Position numbers and translations under genes: made by a program | The notes under the pieces: model-generated | The model's database searches: none | What the model was told of the DNA's origin: nothing | What the model saw: the letters and a program-made list of their open reading frames with translations, nothing else | In this document: positions 34,392 through 37,343 of the stretch, in pieces | Layout: each line of letters begins with the position of its first letter | How positions within the stretch are numbered: position 1 is the first letter of the stretch | Assembly: GCA_035256305.1 (NCBI GenBank) | Contig: DATEYH010000138.1 | Location: forward strand, 1-37,343 | DNA from: Candidatus Nanoarchaeia archaeon | Lineage (GTDB): Archaea; Nanobdellota; Nanobdellia; Woesearchaeales; SM23-78 | Direction: 5' to 3' | DNA length: 37,343 nucleotides

Positions 34392-34400
34392 TATTTATAA
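34392..34400 (-). promoter_or_regulatory. candidate rRNA operon TATA box (minus strand TTATAAATA)
   Basis: Best TATA-like element upstream of the 16S 5' processing stem. Other AT-rich candidates lie at 34430-34440 and 34507-34518; the last probably serves the plus-strand patatin gene. Confidence 0.35.
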
Positions 34401-34542
34401 GCTTTTCGGTATTACAAAAATCTATGATTTTTGTATATAAAATTCATTTTTAGTGAATTTTGTTTTAATATTTTGCGGTTTCAACCAGTAAATTGGTTCA
34501 GCAGAAAAATTTATAACCCTGCACATTGAATGGAGTGTTGTT

Positions 34543-35337
34543 ATGTCAAGAATCGGCTTGGTGCTTAGCGGAGGAGGAGTGAACGGTCTGGCTCATATCG
34601 GCGCCTTGAAAGTGCTGGATAAGCTGGGTGTGAAATTCAGCGCAATAGCTGGCTGCAGCATGGGCAGCATTATCGGGGCATGTTACGCTGCTGGCAGAAC
34701 GCCTCAGGAGATAGAAGATTTTATTTTAAAGTACAAGCTGGTTCAGCTCCTGGATTTATCCATTTACGCTATTTCAAAGCTCGGCATTACAAAAACAAAC
34801 AAGCTGAAGAAGGCACTGGATGATTTCATGGGTGTGAACAAGTTTGAGGAGCTGAAAATTCCGATGTATATCAATGCGACTGACCTTAGCAAGGGCAAGG
34901 AAGTGGTTTTCTGCTCAGGAGAACTCTTCAAAGCCATACGTGCTAGCATTGCCATTCCAGGAGTGTTTGCTCCGCCCATCATCCACAAAGACTATTATGT
35001 CGACGGAGGCGTATTAGACAATGTCCCATTCTCCATCCTGCCGAGCCAGATAAAAAAGTACATTATTATCGACGCAGTGCCTTATGAGCCTCTGAAAACC
35101 AGTAAGAAGCCGAGCTTGGTAAAGCTCCTGGAGACCAGCGGCAGGGCAGCCATGGATGAGATTATAAGGTTACGCCTGAAAGACATTCCTGACAAGAATT
35201 ATGTGCTGGTTAAGCCGCGGATTCCGGAATACAAGTTTATAATTCACAGGGAGAAGTCTTTGGAAATAATAAGGAGCGGCGAGCTTGCTACGCAAAGGAA
35301 GATTCCGGAGATTAAGCATAAATTTAAAGTTAAATAA
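34543..35337 (+). CDS. patatin-like phospholipase
   Basis: GLVLSGGGVNGLAHIG (oxyanion GGG), GCSMGS (GxSxG nucleophile), DGGVLDNVP (catalytic Asp). Confidence 0.85.
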   Translation: MSRIGLVLSGGGVNGLAHIGALKVLDKLGVKFSAIAGCSMGSIIGACYAAGRTPQEIEDFILKYKLVQLLDLSIYAISKLGITKTNKLKKALDDFMGVNKFEELKIPMYINATDLSKGKEVVFCSGELFKAIRASIAIPGVFAPPIIHKDYYVDGGVLDNVPFSILPSQIKKYIIIDAVPYEPLKTSKKPSLVKLLETSGRAAMDEIIRLRLKDIPDKNYVLVKPRIPEYKFIIHREKSLEIIRSGELATQRKIPEIKHKFKVK

Positions 35338-35373
35338 TCGATTCTAATATTTAAATAAGAAATAAGAACAAGC

Positions 35374-35478
35374 CTACTGGCTAGCCTTCCTTCTCCTCTT
35401 TTCCCTCTTCATCCTCTTGCGCTGCCACTTCCAGCGCATCTGCCTTTTCTTTTTCCAGCGTCGGCTGCTTCTCTTCAT
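35374..35478 (-). CDS. rpl41e: 50S ribosomal protein L41e (34 aa)
   Basis: Untracked ORF MKRSSRRWKKKRQMRWKWQRKRMKREKRRRKASQ, extremely Arg/Lys-rich with the RWKKKR..MR..KRxRR pattern of L41e. Confidence 0.6.
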   Translation of the reverse strand: MKRSSRRWKKKRQMRWKWQRKRMKREKRRRKASQ

Positions 35479-35538
35479 GTTTAAACACTGAGTTTTATTT
35501 CGTTTTATAAATCTTTTTAAAAATTAAAAAATAATTCA

Positions 35539-35702
35539 TGCCCCGAACGGGATTTGAACCCGTGTCCTCGGATGTTTTCGGCGTGAGGCAAAAACCTCAG
35601 CAACTTTGTTGCTCGCCGCGAAAATCCGAGATGATTGTTCCCGCAAGGGAACCAAGGAAACAGCTTCCTTGTTTCCTTTGGACCGGACTACACCATCGGG
35701 GC
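35539..35702 (-). tRNA. tRNA-Glu(UUC) with two introns (about 43 nt in the D-loop, 35635-35677; 45 nt at 37/38, 35574-35618)
   Basis: Acceptor GCCCCGA/UCGGGGC, D region GUGUAGUCCGGUCCAA..UCAU typical of archaeal tRNA-Glu, anticodon stem UCGGA/UCCGA, loop UUUUCG-A, variable GGAC, T arm ACGGG-UUCAAAU-CCCGU. D-loop intron ends are ambiguous by about 2 nt. Confidence 0.8.
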
Positions 35703-35705
35703 AAG

Positions 35706-35906
35706 TGGGCCCACAGGGACTTTCACCAGATATTTGCACCTTCGGTAACGCGGAGGACTTAACGAAGTTAATGTCCTCCTTGCTTGCTTTTTACCAGATT
35801 TTTCGGCAAAAATCTGTTTTGAACCCCAGACCCCCGGCTGTCCTATTCAGTGTTCGAAGCACTGCCTTATAAGACCGGTGCTCCAGCCAGGCTAAGCTAT
35901 GGGCCC
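35706..35906 (-). tRNA. tRNA-Ile(UAU) with two introns (28 nt at 37/38, 35840-35867; 98 nt in the T-loop at 59/60, 35720-35817)
   Basis: Acceptor GGGCCCA/UGGGCCC, D arm GCUU/GAGC, anticodon stem CCGGU/GCCGG, loop CUUAUA-A, variable GGGUC, T stem UGGGG/CCCUG. T-loop intron has a canonical BHB: central UUCA/UGAA, bulges AAA and AGU, inner helix CAGAU/AUCUG. Only 3 nt separate it from tRNA-Glu. Confidence 0.85.
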
Positions 35907-35992
35907 AACTTATAATGTCCTGTGGTTATAGTATGTTTAAAAACTTTTTTGTTATAGAAACAGCCAGAAAACTTAGCCCTAGGAGAACAGGT

Positions 35993-37240
35993 TCAATCTT
36001 CTTCTTGCGTTTCTTTTTCTTCAACGACTTCTACCTTTGAACGCCAATTCCAGAACCCGTGGAAGTGATTCCTGTTAGTAAGGAATACGAGGAATACGCA
36101 GGCAAAGATGCTGAAGGCAATCGCTGAGAATACCAATGTTGAGAAATCTTCTGCATAAGGAAGGTTGTATTGGAATAGGAGCAGCACCAGCACTGCCGCA
36201 GCAGTTCCTTTAGGGTTCAATATCTCAACATAAACCCTGTCCTTGTCATTCACGATTTTGCCGATGCCGCTGAGCTTAACAGCAAGCGGCCTGATTAACA
36301 TTATGAGGATTGACAAGGCAATTCCTGCTAAGATGATGTTTATGTTCTCCAAGTTGATGCTTAGCCCAAGATAGACGAAAAAGAATGATTTTACAAAGAA
36401 AGATATTTCTGCATAGAAGAACTTTGCACCAGGAGCAATCTCTTCCCCGCCATCCTTGTGGAAAGCTGCAAAGATCTGCTTTGTATTCGCATATATGACT
36501 GCAAAGGCAAGGCAGGCAATAGCTCCGTTGGCTCCCATATACTCGACTCCGCTGTAGAGCAAAAGAAGCGCCCCTATCGTAGTCATGTAAGACTTGGCGA
36601 ATGTGTCCATCCTTTTTTGCAAAGCAGACCATAAGAACCCGCCAAGTATTCCAAGGAAGATTGATACGCTTAAGGTGTATAGGAGCTTCTGGCCGACCTC
36701 GGCGAAGCTTGTGCTCTGCATGAGGATTATGTTGATGACAGTAATAGCCCCTACTATTCCAAATACGTCGCTGATTGCTGACTCAAATGTTAATGTTGAA
36801 TAAGCCTCTTTGCTAATCTTAAGCCTTTTCATGATTGGAATGATTACTGTCTGGGCAGAATCAGTCAGTATAATCCCAAGCAGCAAGCCCTCTAGCAGCC
36901 CCCAGCCGAATAACTTCATGAAACCAACTGTCACAGCAACCGTTAGGATGAAATGAAGTATAGAAACCTCGCTTCCCTTTATCACTCCCTGGAAAAAGCT
37001 TTTAAGGTCAGTGTTGAGCAAGCCCTCGAAAAGGATGTAAATCAGTGCGAAAACAGTGAATACGGCGCCTATCTGCGTGAATGCTTCATAATCAGAAATA
37101 GGGTAGAACTTGCCAAGCACAATACCAAAAATCATAAGCCATATCGGATCGGGGATTCCTGTCTTCTCAAAAATCCACTCGCCTATAAAACCTAGCAGGA
37201 TGACTGCTCCTCCAATGGCAAAAACAACGAAAGGCTCCAT
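35993..37240 (-). CDS. monovalent cation/H+ antiporter (CPA-family Na+/H+ exchanger)
   Basis: 415 aa, about 11-12 hydrophobic helices, general Na_H_Exchanger pattern; acidic C-terminal tail. Confidence 0.7.
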   Translation of the reverse strand: MEPFVVFAIGGAVILLGFIGEWIFEKTGIPDPIWLMIFGIVLGKFYPISDYEAFTQIGAVFTVFALIYILFEGLLNTDLKSFFQGVIKGSEVSILHFILTVAVTVGFMKLFGWGLLEGLLLGIILTDSAQTVIIPIMKRLKISKEAYSTLTFESAISDVFGIVGAITVINIILMQSTSFAEVGQKLLYTLSVSIFLGILGGFLWSALQKRMDTFAKSYMTTIGALLLLYSGVEYMGANGAIACLAFAVIYANTKQIFAAFHKDGGEEIAPGAKFFYAEISFFVKSFFFVYLGLSINLENINIILAGIALSILIMLIRPLAVKLSGIGKIVNDKDRVYVEILNPKGTAAAVLVLLLFQYNLPYAEDFSTLVFSAIAFSIFACVFLVFLTNRNHFHGFWNWRSKVEVVEEKETQEED

Positions 37241-37343
37241 GATAATCTTCCATTACCTCTTTTTAATATTCCATTATGCCTTATAGTTAAAAATATTTTC
37301 TTTTTTTGTTAGTACCAGAAAAGAAAGAAGGATGCGCCGACCG

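Noticed and set aside
35536-35872. Three overlapping ORFs (67-88 aa) between the patatin gene and the antiporter
   Set aside because: The region is fully explained by the intron-containing tRNA-Glu and tRNA-Ile genes.

Overview
Low-GC archaeal segment, probably a DPANN-type lineage (inferred from gene content and RNA features). 1-9.3 kb holds core genes on the minus strand: Kae1, an NFACT-R/DUF814 protein, a type IV pilin-like protein, diphthine synthase, a coiled-coil protein, ribosomal proteins L1-P0(L10)-P1(L12) and a DEAD-box helicase. 9.4-28 kb is an accessory island. It carries two toxin-antitoxin-like pairs (Doc+RHH, antitoxin+RelE), a Bro-N protein and a DUF5678-like/retropepsin pair. 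It also has four secreted or cysteine-rich surface protein genes that each follow a near-identical promoter module, a TrmB / paralog-pair / ParB-like operon, an Lrp-like regulator and many dispersed hairpin repeats. 28.1-34.1 kb is a 16S - tRNA-Ala - 23S operon on the minus strand, with no 5S. 34.5-37.3 kb holds a patatin-like lipase, an untracked L41e gene, a tRNA-Ile/tRNA-Glu tandem and a cation/H+ antiporter. The most striking signal is how many introns the stable-RNA genes carry. Hand folding gives 13 intervening sequences in 6 genes. There are 2 in 16S and 3 in 23S (two mini bulge-helix-bulge introns plus a group-I intron with a LAGLIDADG ORF). Each of four tRNAs has 2, and three of them carry one at the same T-loop position 59/60. 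Duplicated tRNA-end fragments are interleaved with a covarying A5/T5 hairpin module that also occurs inside introns and spacers. All calls come from reading the sequence and from recalled consensus sequences; nothing was searched or computed with tools.
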